Virus record (IMG/VR): IMGVR_UViG_3300013126_000016
Span: 23,015 to 87,014 of that record
Reading direction: 5' to 3' (one strand)
Source: a virus
Length of the DNA stretch: 64,000 nucleotides
Numbering within the stretch: position 1 is the stretch's first letter; the number at the start of each line of letters is the position of its first letter. Under the pieces are notes generated by a model. That model was not told the origin of the DNA. It was given only the letters and a program-made list of their open reading frames with translations, and made no database searches. Of this stretch, positions 35,487 through 45,565 are shown piece after piece. The position numbers were made by a program, and so were the translations under genes.

Positions 35487-37769
35487 TTAGATAATTGTTA
35501 TTTTACAAACAGAGTTTTTACAGACTTTTATATTAGAGCTAATATTTAAAGGACCGAGACAACATATAAACAAATCATTTAATTTAAAAGAAAGATTGTA
35601 GTTAGAATAAAGTGGAGACCAAACACCTACAGGCATAATAAGGTTAGTAATAAAAGTATAACCTGTAGGGCAATAAGTATTAGAGTGTAAAGGCATTAAA
35701 GGCAGAAATTCAGAGACAGGATAAACATATTTATCATTAGAAAAAACAGTACCAGTAGAATTAGAGTCAATTGGGAACCCAGGAGTAGTTCTTTCTGCTA
35801 GAGAGTTATATTTTTTAGTAATAGAATCAATAGTAATAGTATTTTCTTTTGGATAGAAAGCAATAGCTGTGTATTGATCTTCATATAGAACCTTATTTCT
35901 ATAGTCTAATCTATTAACTAAACCTGTATAAATAGATTTGTCAGAGTAAGTTGAAGAATTTAAATCTTTTAAAGAAAGATAATAAGGTGTAGAACTGTAC
36001 TGAACAGAAAAGTTTTGTTTTAATAAGAAGTTAAGTTTGTTTAAAAGAAAATCTTGATGAGAAGAGGTAAGGGGGAATTGTATAAACTCTTTTATAAAAG
36101 GGTCTAATAAAGTATTAATTATAGGTTTTATAATATATTCAGGTAAAAAATTAGCTATAGGAAGCCATAAATTAATTAGAATACGTAAGAGAAAGCCAGA
36201 AGAATAAAAAATAGGTAAACGAAGTAAGCTGTAAACTATAAAGAAATTAAAATAACACTGAGAATAAGTATATATAAGAGAACCTATAGAAGTAGACTTG
36301 TCTTCCTCTTTATCAGGGTTAGACCATTCAACACCTTCTGGTAGAAAAGATATAATAAGGTCTTTAGAATAGCTACAGAAAGCTTCTGCTTCTAAAGCAA
36401 AAGTATCAAATGCAGAAGGAGTCACTAAATCTGATTTAAAATGGAAACAAGATAAAGGAACAATGTTATAAATAGGCTGTGAAGTTACTTCATTAAATAT
36501 AGACTGGTTATAGAAAGTTTCTAGCAATTGAACAGTCCAATAAGGTCTGTTATTAAAAGAATAGAGATTTATAAGACTAGCAATAAGAAAATCATCATCA
36601 GAATAAGTTGTACTGTTAAGGCGATTTTTACTGTAAAAAGAGATAAGACTTAAAGAAGTAGTAGGGGAGAACTGACAATGCCACCAGAATTTATAAGTAC
36701 AGATTGTTAAACTAGACGATTCATTAAAGAGAGAATAAAATAGATTGTCTGGTAATTCAGGTAAATTATTGAAAGAAACAAAAAGTCTAGCTGCTTTTTC
36801 ATGAATAGTAGAGTCATAATCTAATTGTAGATAATAGTTAAAGAGTAAAGAAGCTATAACAGAAGTTTTAAAGGAAGTAGAAAATAAATCAACTTCGCCA
36901 TTAGTGTAATTTTCACAGCAAAAGCCAGTGGAGTAATCAAAGGAATTACAGGTAATATAACAAAATGCTTTGCATAAGTTTAAGCAGTCTACATAAAAGT
37001 TAGATATAAGATTACTAAAATAATTAATATTAGTAAGGTAATGAAGGGCTTTAGAAATAGAGAGACCTAAGAGAGCATTTTCATAAAAAGAGAAATCAGA
37101 AGAGGTGTTAGAAGGATCTAAACTAGAAAGACCAGAAGAGATAGGGGGGGAGAAACGGAATCTATTTTCTTGGAAAGTGATTAAAGATTTAGTAGAAGAT
37201 ATCTGGAGTAGTTCTATAAGTTGAGAAACTACAAGTTCTGGTTTATTAAGAGAGCAAGCAAGGATAAGACCCCAAGAAGAGGAAATTAAAGTTTTAGTAG
37301 AAGAATTAGAATAAGTGGAAGATAAGATACCTTTATTCTTACTAGGAATAATATGTTTAACGCTCGAGTCGTTATCTACTAAATAACAATAAACTTCTAC
37401 ATTAGGATAATTAGGTAAAGAGTTATCAAAATCTCTAGTAAGAGTAGATTCTGTATTTTTAAGATATAAAGCAGGACTTAATTTAGTGAAGCGAGACTCA
37501 GAGTTATTAGTTACAGTAGAGAGGATATAATCGTAGCGAATAGGAGTTCTAAAAGAAGTTTTAGAAGAAGTTAAAGTAGAATGAGAGCATAGAAAAGGCT
37601 GAGAAAAAGAAGGAGTTTTAAAGTAAGTAGTATAGCTAGGGTTTAATAAAGACAGTGATATATTTCTAGAGCGTGAATACAGTTCTGAATAGAAAGATGA
37701 AGGGAATAATTCAAATATAGAAGTAATAGATGAACCGTTTATCTTAGTAAACCAATTATTATAAGTCAT
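35487..37769 (-). CDS. Probable baseplate wedge protein
   Basis: Directly follows baseplate J; internal FLPEGVEWS recalls the Mu gp48/YmfQ motif LLP.G.AW. Confidence 0.5.
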   Translation of the reverse strand: MTYNNWFTKINGSSITSIFELFPSSFYSELYSRSRNISLSLLNPSYTTYFKTPSFSQPFLCSHSTLTSSKTSFRTPIRYDYILSTVTNNSESRFTKLSPALYLKNTESTLTRDFDNSLPNYPNVEVYCYLVDNDSSVKHIIPSKNKGILSSTYSNSSTKTLISSSWGLILACSLNKPELVVSQLIELLQISSTKSLITFQENRFRFSPPISSGLSSLDPSNTSSDFSFYENALLGLSISKALHYLTNINYFSNLISNFYVDCLNLCKAFCYITCNSFDYSTGFCCENYTNGEVDLFSTSFKTSVIASLLFNYYLQLDYDSTIHEKAARLFVSFNNLPELPDNLFYSLFNESSSLTICTYKFWWHCQFSPTTSLSLISFYSKNRLNSTTYSDDDFLIASLINLYSFNNRPYWTVQLLETFYNQSIFNEVTSQPIYNIVPLSCFHFKSDLVTPSAFDTFALEAEAFCSYSKDLIISFLPEGVEWSNPDKEEDKSTSIGSLIYTYSQCYFNFFIVYSLLRLPIFYSSGFLLRILINLWLPIANFLPEYIIKPIINTLLDPFIKEFIQFPLTSSHQDFLLNKLNFLLKQNFSVQYSSTPYYLSLKDLNSSTYSDKSIYTGLVNRLDYRNKVLYEDQYTAIAFYPKENTITIDSITKKYNSLAERTTPGFPIDSNSTGTVFSNDKYVYPVSEFLPLMPLHSNTYCPTGYTFITNLIMPVGVWSPLYSNYNLSFKLNDLFICCLGPLNISSNIKVCKNSVCKITII

Positions 37770-37771
37770 AA

Positions 37772-38860
37772 TTAACTAGGGTATGATACATTAATAGAGG
37801 ATAATACTATAATCTCATTAATATCTGCTGTAACATCAGAGGAAGGTTCAAGGACTGTACAATCTTGGACGAGAGGTAGAACAGAGAATTTAATAAGACT
37901 TATGGGTAAAGGTTGGTTAATATCAAGAGAGTTAACGGAGGAGTAGAGAGCTTCAGATATTTGACTATTAAGGGAGGAGATATTATAATCAGAGCTATAA
38001 GGTGTAACTTTAATAGAGATAGAAACTGATTTAACGGTAGCGTTATTAACGGAAACAATAATACCAGCAGGAATATAAGGTTCAAGATAGGAAGTAAGAG
38101 AATCAACTTCTATAGAAGAGTAAGAATTAAGAAAATTAACCCATACTTCTACGATACCGGGTATTCTAGTTTTAACATAACTTCTAGTTACGCCAGTATA
38201 TGCTTGGAGTACACTTTTTAGAGTAGAAATAGAGTAAGGATGATTATTAGAGTATAAATAATAAAAGTAGCGGGCGCGGAGGGAAAAATCTGATTCTTCA
38301 TCACTACCTCCGAAAAACCCTTCAGAGAAAGAAGTTTTAGAACTAGCTTTACCTACAAAAAAACGTATAGTAGGCTCAGTAGATATTAACTCCGAGTTAA
38401 ACAAGGGGGTTCCAGCACTAAGGTTGTAAGAAGAACCAGGTACAAATGAAGCAACGTTAACTAAAGTATTCTGCTCTGGATTAGTAGAAGTTGAAACAGC
38501 TGATAATGTATAAAATTGAGAACCTGAATTAGTATCTGTTAACACAGTACCCTGCTGTACTAAAATAGATTTAGAAGTAGGTAATATAGTCACAACACCT
38601 TCTGAATAAGAAGGAGAAGTGCGGGTAACCAAATAAGAAGTAAGGGAATCAAGGTCGGAGCCAGAAGCTGTAAGGGGAGAATAAGAAGTAATAAGGGAAG
38701 CTAAGCGGAGTTCAAGGTTTTGGATAACAGCGGAGTTAGCTCTAGCAAGAGTATAGAGAGGGGAAGATGGATTAGGATCTAAAGAAAGGGGGCTGGAAGT
38801 AGATCTTATAGTAGAAAGATATTCATCAAGGATAGATTGAAAGTTTCTAGGAGAGAACAT
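37772..38860 (-). CDS. Baseplate J / Mu gp47-like wedge protein
   Basis: TASGSDLD; GTVL; G..YNL.AG; GGSDEESDFSLRAR; GV....PG.V.VWV. Confidence 0.9.
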   Translation of the reverse strand: MFSPRNFQSILDEYLSTIRSTSSPLSLDPNPSSPLYTLARANSAVIQNLELRLASLITSYSPLTASGSDLDSLTSYLVTRTSPSYSEGVVTILPTSKSILVQQGTVLTDTNSGSQFYTLSAVSTSTNPEQNTLVNVASFVPGSSYNLSAGTPLFNSELISTEPTIRFFVGKASSKTSFSEGFFGGSDEESDFSLRARYFYYLYSNNHPYSISTLKSVLQAYTGVTRSYVKTRIPGIVEVWVNFLNSYSSIEVDSLTSYLEPYIPAGIIVSVNNATVKSVSISIKVTPYSSDYNISSLNSQISEALYSSVNSLDINQPLPISLIKFSVLPLVQDCTVLEPSSDVTADINEIIVLSSINVSYPS

Positions 38861-38869
38861 AATAACTAA

Positions 38870-39283
38870 TTAAATATTAATAGATAAAGAATCTGAGCCT
38901 ACTCTAAAAGAGACAGAAGTTTCGCTTATAGAATTACCATAAACTTTAACAGAGTTAATTCTAGATTCGTACTGAAGACTTTCAATAATAGAATTATAAA
39001 AATCAGTAGAGTTTATTTCTTCCTCTGGAAGAGAAACGTAATCCTGTAAATCTGAACCATAAGTTTCGTCTATTAAAGTTAGTTTAAGTGGTACGTCTCC
39101 TAGTAAAGGATTAGAATCTTCAAACTCTGGTTCTAAAATATAACGAGAATATGCGTTTATATGAGTAGATAACCTGCATTTAACTTCTTTAGAAATAACA
39201 TCTAAACTAAAGAGCCAGTTAGTAGATAAATCTCCATCAATAAATTGAAGGCCTTTAAGCTGAAAGTATTGTTGCATAATCAA
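38870..39283 (-). CDS. gp25/W-like baseplate protein
   Basis: DGDL...RLST...YGSDL...IIESLQYESRINSV; sits upstream of J. Confidence 0.7.
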   Translation of the reverse strand: MIMQQYFQLKGLQFIDGDLSTNWLFSLDVISKEVKCRLSTHINAYSRYILEPEFEDSNPLLGDVPLKLTLIDETYGSDLQDYVSLPEEEINSTDFYNSIIESLQYESRINSVKVYGNSISETSVSFRVGSDSLSINI

Positions 39284-39888
39284 AGAGAAATAGGTAAAGA
39301 GGAATCTTGTTCAAAACCAAAACGAAATGTACTAATAGATTTATCAATAGACCAAGATCTATCAGTTACGTTAACTAAGCCTTTATTAAAAGGTTCATAG
39401 AGACCTAATACTAACCTATAATTTCCCTTGTCCCACAATCCTGAAGAATTAAATGATATAGTAGAGTAGTTAAATAGGTCATTACCAACTAATAAGAGAA
39501 CTGAATCTTTTATGAGTGACCAACCTAAAAAACCTTGTTTATGGTATTTAGGGAGAGAGAGGTTAACAAAAAGGGAACCGAGGGGGGTGTTAGGGGAGAT
39601 AATTTTATAAGAGAGAGGAGGGGGTGTAAAGAGTTTATTAACAGAAGCGTAAGAATTAACAGAAATATTAGAGAGATCCCCCGAGATAAGAGTTGCTGTA
39701 TTTTTAGAAGAAATATATAAAGAGCAAGTAGAAGCTGTAATTATTTGACCAACGATGGGGATTGATTCTGTGAGGGGTTGTAAAGTAATTGTTTGTTGCG
39801 TAAAGTCTATAGATTCTATTACAAAATCAACTTCTGTATTTTTTACAGATTGAGAGTAATAAGAAGATGCTGGTTTAAGATTTAGCAT
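39280..39888 (-). CDS. Hypothetical baseplate-region protein
   Basis: Translationally coupled ORF in the operon; no motif recognised. Confidence 0.65.
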   Translation of the reverse strand: MLNLKPASSYYSQSVKNTEVDFVIESIDFTQQTITLQPLTESIPIVGQIITASTCSLYISSKNTATLISGDLSNISVNSYASVNKLFTPPPLSYKIISPNTPLGSLFVNLSLPKYHKQGFLGWSLIKDSVLLLVGNDLFNYSTISFNSSGLWDKGNYRLVLGLYEPFNKGLVNVTDRSWSIDKSISTFRFGFEQDSSLPISL

Positions 39889-39897
39889 ATTAGTAAA

Positions 39898-40269
39898 TTA
39901 ATAGACAGTACGTTGAGTTTGGGGATTAGGGCTAGTAGTAGAGGGGTATGTAGGAAGAGTAGGGGAAGGGGGAGCAGTTTCTTTAGTAGGGGGTGGGTCT
40001 ACTTTAGGTTTCTTTTTAGAACTGCCTTTAAACATTTCCCCTAATTTTTTTAGAGCCCATTTCTGGGCATTATTAGCTATTCTCAATCCTTCTTTTTTTA
40101 GTTCTTCTTCTACTATAGCTTGTACCTGTTCTTGACTTAGAAGGTCAACATCATCTTCTAGTAATCTGTTTTCTATTTTTTTTAATAGAGGACTTTCAGC
40201 TGTTTTAGAGTTACTAGCTACTGAGCCAGTAGGAGTAGGACTATTAGTATTAATATTATAAGAACTCAT
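39898..40269 (-). CDS. Hypothetical protein with Pro/Thr-rich tail
   Basis: 123-aa ORF in the operon. Confidence 0.6.
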   Translation of the reverse strand: MSSYNINTNSPTPTGSVASNSKTAESPLLKKIENRLLEDDVDLLSQEQVQAIVEEELKKEGLRIANNAQKWALKKLGEMFKGSSKKKPKVDPPPTKETAPPSPTLPTYPSTTSPNPQTQRTVY

Positions 40270-40279
40270 AGGATTAAAA

Positions 40280-41785
40280 TTAAGAATTAGCGGCAGATTG
40301 AACTTGATTAGAGGAAGAAGTAGTAGGAATACCAGCGGCTTTTACAGGGTCTGGATTAAGAATAGTATTAGTGTCTAAGTCCATAATAGGGCGAGCGGAA
40401 CCCCCCATGCCTATTTGAACTATGCTACCTTGGATTCTAGTAATAGAACTTGAAGCTAAAGACAATTCTCCTTGAGAAGATATATAAAAACTATTTTGAG
40501 CATATAAATTAGTATCTGTTTTACTTTTTATAGATACGTCTTCTTTTGTTTGTACTTGGTAGCTATTAGCTATTAAATAAGAATCTTTATCTGCTTCATT
40601 ATAGATAATACCTTTTGTTCTAAGAATACTATTAGTTGAGCACTGAGTATTAATCTGGCCTGCTAATATATCATAATTTTGGTCTACTTGGACTTTGAGA
40701 GAGCCTGTTTGTTGAAGAGTCTTTTCTTTAGTAGAACTATAATAATTAACATTTCCTATGTAAAAAGAGCCTGAAGATTGGTTTATATAGTTACTATTTT
40801 GATTTACATATAAATCCGTAGAACGTTGCCAATTAAACTTAGAAGAGACCTTAAATGTATTAGTAATAGAGTTAAAACAATTACCTACAACAGAAAAATT
40901 ATCGGAGACATTAAGATTAAGAGGGGAAATAGTTTCAAAACAGTGAGAAGATATAAAGCGGAAGTTATAAGCTTGATTATGAGAAGTAGAGTTACACTTA
41001 TTAAAAGAGAAGCCTGTAGCTGAGATATCCTGAACAACCCGTTGCCAAACGTTTATTTGACCTTGGTTAAAGTCGAGTTCTTCTTTATAATCATCTAAAG
41101 CTTTAATAGTTTTTTGGTCTTGATTAGTAAAATTCTTTAGCCATGCTTGTAAGTATTTAAACTCGCCTTTAAAATGTTGGTCTCTGTTATTAACTGCTAA
41201 ACTAAGAATATAATTAGAGAGCATTTCATTACGACGCAATAACTCTTCGTTTATCTTTTCTCTGTTAGAAGAAATATTAGAGCTTTTATTAATATTAGAT
41301 TCTTTACTTTTGTTATATATAGAGTTTAATGGATTAGAGGAGTTAGAAGCAGAGGATAGTTTATCTATAATTTTAGTAAGATTATTATTACGTTCTAAAG
41401 AAGAGGGGGTTTTATTAGAAATAGAGTTAATAGTAATAGGAATAGCTAAGCTGTGGTCAGGTAAGGTTTTTAAAAAAGAATTAGAGATAAAATCTTGAGT
41501 TACAGAAACCGGTACAGCAGCTATAAAAAATGTGCCTGGTGTAGAGCATTTAACAGAGAATTTCAGGTTATTAGGAGATAGAGAATTTAAGGTAACGTAG
41601 TTATTCTGAGGTAGATTTTGATAGACAACTACAAGACGAAAAGATGTTCTAAAAGAGTTAGTAACATTAATGATAGTTTCTCCTAAGTTAACAGGGTTTT
41701 CAGCAGTTAAGATAACACGTGATAAAGGGGTGTTAGAAGTAGAGTTAATAGGTACAGTTTGAGGGGGCTGAAATACTTTTACCAT
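40280..41785 (-). CDS. Probable baseplate spike protein (beta-helix C-terminus)
   Basis: C-terminal short beta repeats ending ITRIQGSIVQIG, typical of gp5/gpV/VgrG spikes; position in the baseplate cluster. Confidence 0.6.
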   Translation of the reverse strand: MVKVFQPPQTVPINSTSNTPLSRVILTAENPVNLGETIINVTNSFRTSFRLVVVYQNLPQNNYVTLNSLSPNNLKFSVKCSTPGTFFIAAVPVSVTQDFISNSFLKTLPDHSLAIPITINSISNKTPSSLERNNNLTKIIDKLSSASNSSNPLNSIYNKSKESNINKSSNISSNREKINEELLRRNEMLSNYILSLAVNNRDQHFKGEFKYLQAWLKNFTNQDQKTIKALDDYKEELDFNQGQINVWQRVVQDISATGFSFNKCNSTSHNQAYNFRFISSHCFETISPLNLNVSDNFSVVGNCFNSITNTFKVSSKFNWQRSTDLYVNQNSNYINQSSGSFYIGNVNYYSSTKEKTLQQTGSLKVQVDQNYDILAGQINTQCSTNSILRTKGIIYNEADKDSYLIANSYQVQTKEDVSIKSKTDTNLYAQNSFYISSQGELSLASSSITRIQGSIVQIGMGGSARPIMDLDTNTILNPDPVKAAGIPTTSSSNQVQSAANS

Positions 41786-41790
41786 AAAAA

Positions 41791-42906
41791 TTATATAAAA
41801 GAAGTAAGACGATAATCAAGAGATTGGTTAGAAAAATTAGTAAAAGAAAGCCAAGACACTATGTCTAACTCTATTTCTTGTAGTATTGGCTCTAAGTCAA
41901 TACGAGTATTAAAGATATTTAGTATAGAAAAAGAATCATAAGCTAAAGATAAGTAAGAAGATATAGTAGTAGATACTTCTAAATACTTATCAGATTGTTT
42001 AAGTTGTGTAAGAGGTAAAGAAAATATAGATTCAGGGAGACTAGAGATGTAGAGAGAGACGCGAAGGTAGGCTTCACAGGAAAGGCAATGAAAGAGAAGA
42101 TTAAAACCTGAAGGTGGGAGGAGAGAAAAAAGGGAAGAAGAGAAAGAGATTAGGGGTTTTTGAAGGAATTTAGGAAGGAGAGGGATTAAACAATTAAAGA
42201 GTTCTGGGTGATACTCGTGGAGTAGTAAACGGAGTAACAGGTTAGAGTATGATTTTTCTGTAATAGAGAACCGACGGGAGTTTACTAATAGATAATAGAA
42301 CTCATCAGAAGGAGTCAGAGAGAATATAGAGGGGACGTAAGAAGAAATAGAAGAGATAGTATCTAAAGTTAGCCCGGCGGCCGCTAAAATCTCATTTAAC
42401 CTAGAATCAGGTAATTTATTATAAGAACTTCCAGTTAAAGTCCATATAAACTTTAAAACGTTTTCTAAAGCTTCAGCTAGTGATGTAGCCTGAGAAACAT
42501 ATTTAAAATAAAAAGCTATAGAGCCTAACTCCCCCCAATATTTCTCTGGAATAACTAACGCTGTTATATCAGGAGGTGTGTAAGGCCACATAGAATCAAA
42601 CGTTCTTGTGGACCACACAACTTTTGCTTTTTCTGTTAACTCGCTGTTATTAGAATTAGTAAATTGTGTGTTATACAAGCTTATATCAATAGCTTTATGT
42701 AGATAATAATCTCTAAAATGTAAAAGAGTTTTATCAGGTTGGGAGTCAAAGCTAGAGAGGTAAGAGTTAGAGACATCAAGGATGTTTTTGGTTTTTTTAA
42801 TTAATTCAATAGATCGCCATTGTTCTGTTTTAGATCGTTCTATGGTTTCATAACCTATTTTTTGAGATAAAGGAGATAAAGGTAACCCCGCTTTATATTT
42901 CAGCAT
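41791..42906 (-). CDS. Hypothetical protein
   Basis: 371-aa ORF in the operon. Confidence 0.7.
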   Translation of the reverse strand: MLKYKAGLPLSPLSQKIGYETIERSKTEQWRSIELIKKTKNILDVSNSYLSSFDSQPDKTLLHFRDYYLHKAIDISLYNTQFTNSNNSELTEKAKVVWSTRTFDSMWPYTPPDITALVIPEKYWGELGSIAFYFKYVSQATSLAEALENVLKFIWTLTGSSYNKLPDSRLNEILAAAGLTLDTISSISSYVPSIFSLTPSDEFYYLLVNSRRFSITEKSYSNLLLRLLLHEYHPELFNCLIPLLPKFLQKPLISFSSSLFSLLPPSGFNLLFHCLSCEAYLRVSLYISSLPESIFSLPLTQLKQSDKYLEVSTTISSYLSLAYDSFSILNIFNTRIDLEPILQEIELDIVSWLSFTNFSNQSLDYRLTSFI

Positions 42907-43510
42907 CAGATATATCTGCTCCTATAACATAGTTAAAATGTAATCTCTGTACATTCTCTTTTAAAGCTCTATACTGGAATCCTATATCTTTTATATCTAT
43001 TTCATTGTGCATTTTTATAAGCTCTATATAAAAAGATAAAACATCTAAGTCTTTAATAGATTTACATAGAGGACTTAAAGAGTTATCAATAGATGATAGC
43101 CAATCTAAAAGGTAAAAAGGGTTTTGGAGAAATAAAGTAAGGTTAAAAGTAGGGAAGTCTAGATAATCCTCTATAAGTTTAGACAATTCTAGTTCAGAGT
43201 CAACGTTAATAATAGAGTATAAGAATTCCTTATCTAAATGTTTATTATAACTAGTAACTGTATCTAAAGGTGATTGTACAAAGAAATAATAGATAGCAGT
43301 AAGAGGTGTTAAGAATATAGAAGTAGGGAGGGTGTATAAGAGTAGTTGTATTAAAAAAAGAAAAGAAGAAGTAGAAGTAAGACGAATAACAGAAGAGATA
43401 ATGTAATCAGGAAAGGGGATAGAGAAGAGAGCTAATTGGTTTAATAAAGGTTCAGAGGAATCGAGGAATACAGGTTGTGGGGAGACGCGGTTAGTAAAAG
43501 CTTTAAGCAT
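42893..43510 (-). CDS. Hypothetical protein
   Basis: 205-aa ORF in the operon. Confidence 0.65.
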   Translation of the reverse strand: MLKAFTNRVSPQPVFLDSSEPLLNQLALFSIPFPDYIISSVIRLTSTSSFLFLIQLLLYTLPTSIFLTPLTAIYYFFVQSPLDTVTSYNKHLDKEFLYSIINVDSELELSKLIEDYLDFPTFNLTLFLQNPFYLLDWLSSIDNSLSPLCKSIKDLDVLSFYIELIKMHNEIDIKDIGFQYRALKENVQRLHFNYVIGADISDAEI

Positions 43511-45562
43511 TTATTTAGGTGGAGTTTTAGTTTCTGGAACGAGAGGGATATTAACAGAAATATCAGAGGGGGAGCCATCAGATTTAGGGATAATAACATC
43601 AACGCTATTACTACCAGGATTGTCTTTATACTGAAAGTCCTGTAAACAAGAATCTTTAATAGCAGCAATAGTTTGTCGTTGTTCTTCTGCTTTTTCTTGT
43701 TCGCGTTTACGTTCAGTGTCTTTTTTATAGAATATATCATCTACTAGATAGTCAGTTACTTCTTTCCAAATAATACGAGCAGAAGGTTGTAGAGGAGCGG
43801 GGAGTTGGTTAAATAGACGTTCTGGAAGGCCAGTAATAGTATTTCTAAGTCTTTCTTTATCTACATAGAGTCCTTTTTCAGGGCCTGTAGCAGTAATAGT
43901 AAAGGGGCCCACATCAAATATACGAACATCACCTTCACGCCGGTAACTTGCTTGTAAAAAATCAGGTAACGATTCATTAAGTTCTGATATACCTCTGTTT
44001 ATACCCTTATCTAAAAATAAATCTCCTACTCTACCAAAATTAAACTTAGCTCCTTGCATTTGTAGAACTAAAGTACCCCTATTATTTAGGAGTACTACAT
44101 CATCCCTTACTTTGTATTCTTTTATTTCATCTTCTTTTAAATCCTGTTTTCTTATAGTAAAAGTACCTATGGATAAGCCTAATTCACTAGCAGAAGTTTG
44201 AAGGTAATCTGGGAGAATTTTATTTAATTCTCCTACAGCTGAATCTATGTATGGGTTAAAGGCTTCCCCATCTACTTCTACATAATCCTCTGAGCCATCT
44301 AATTTTTCTCCTATGTAGTATCTTACAGCTCCTATTTTAAAACTCTTTACAACAAAGTCTCCTTTTTCATTTTTTTGTAAGTCAATATCTACTTGAAGAA
44401 ATCCTGGTAAACCCTTGTTTAACTCATCTAATATTAAACGACTTCCTTTTTCTATTATTTCATCTAATAATTTTTGCTGTAAACTTCTTGTTTTCTTTTT
44501 AGTTTCTTCCGCAGTTTTCTGTATACAATCTTCTACTTCTTTTAACCTATCTAATTGCTCTATAATATTATTTACTTCTGCTTCTGTGTAATTCTTTTGT
44601 AATTTTTCAAAAAAGTCTTCATTGGTAATAGGATTGGTTACAAATTCTAGTCCATCAGCAGTAGTTTTTATATCAGAGACAGAACTAAACTTTCTTTTAA
44701 CATCATTATTTTTGTCTAAATCACTAAGTTTCTTTATGGCTATAGCAACATGATTTTCATTGTTTCTATTTATTATGTTTATAGATTCTTCAGAAGATAT
44801 AATACTACGATTAGTTTTACTAATTCTATTTCCATGGAGATCTGTATATTCAGTAACTCTAGTTCCAAGCTTAGATAAGTTATAAGTTGTTGTTGGTACT
44901 GTTGTTGGTAGAGTACTACCAAAGGAGTTGGAAGAAGAAACAGAATCCAAAGTTCCTGAAGTTCCCGAAGTTCCCAATGAAACTGTATCAGCAAAACCTA
45001 GACGATCTGAGAATTCTTGAACAGAGGGGTTAGAAGTAGGGTTATTATTATATAAATCAGAAGGAAAAGGAGTACCAAATTCTTGTACTTTAGAAGAACT
45101 TGAAGAACCTTCAGTTAATTTACCTTCTAAATAATAATTAAAATGAGGCTGTATATTAGCACTTAAAGATTCTGTTACGGGATTACTCATATCTAAAGGA
45201 AATTCCGTAGACAATCTTTTGTAATCACTTCCATATATTTCTAGTAACTCCTCTTCTGTTAGAACTTGAATAGGTTCTTTAGATATAAATGGAGTAGTAG
45301 TAGTAGATCTAACAATATTAAAATCAACTAAGTTACTAGTCTCTAAAGCGACTAACTGACCGGCTTTTAAAAAATTAGTATCTGAATCAGATCTTATATC
45401 GTTAGCATATACTGTTTTTCTAATAGTTGGGTGGTTTATAAATACATAATAACGTCTTAGTAATTCATCTAGAGTCCTAACTCTAGTTACCCTTCCATAG
45501 TAGGTATCTACTGTTTTTGACTTTAATTTGTAATGGTTAATAGAATCTTGTAATCCTGGCAT
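43511..45562 (-). CDS. Baseplate-region protein, possible N-terminal OB fold
   Basis: Follows the hub gene; YYGRVTRV...YV.I...L..GQLV.L resembles a spike OB fold. Repeated I.ELN..LP.FLQ units in the C-terminal half. Confidence 0.55.
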   Translation of the reverse strand: MPGLQDSINHYKLKSKTVDTYYGRVTRVRTLDELLRRYYVFINHPTIRKTVYANDIRSDSDTNFLKAGQLVALETSNLVDFNIVRSTTTTPFISKEPIQVLTEEELLEIYGSDYKRLSTEFPLDMSNPVTESLSANIQPHFNYYLEGKLTEGSSSSSKVQEFGTPFPSDLYNNNPTSNPSVQEFSDRLGFADTVSLGTSGTSGTLDSVSSSNSFGSTLPTTVPTTTYNLSKLGTRVTEYTDLHGNRISKTNRSIISSEESINIINRNNENHVAIAIKKLSDLDKNNDVKRKFSSVSDIKTTADGLEFVTNPITNEDFFEKLQKNYTEAEVNNIIEQLDRLKEVEDCIQKTAEETKKKTRSLQQKLLDEIIEKGSRLILDELNKGLPGFLQVDIDLQKNEKGDFVVKSFKIGAVRYYIGEKLDGSEDYVEVDGEAFNPYIDSAVGELNKILPDYLQTSASELGLSIGTFTIRKQDLKEDEIKEYKVRDDVVLLNNRGTLVLQMQGAKFNFGRVGDLFLDKGINRGISELNESLPDFLQASYRREGDVRIFDVGPFTITATGPEKGLYVDKERLRNTITGLPERLFNQLPAPLQPSARIIWKEVTDYLVDDIFYKKDTERKREQEKAEEQRQTIAAIKDSCLQDFQYKDNPGSNSVDVIIPKSDGSPSDISVNIPLVPETKTPPK

Positions 45563-45565
45563 AGT

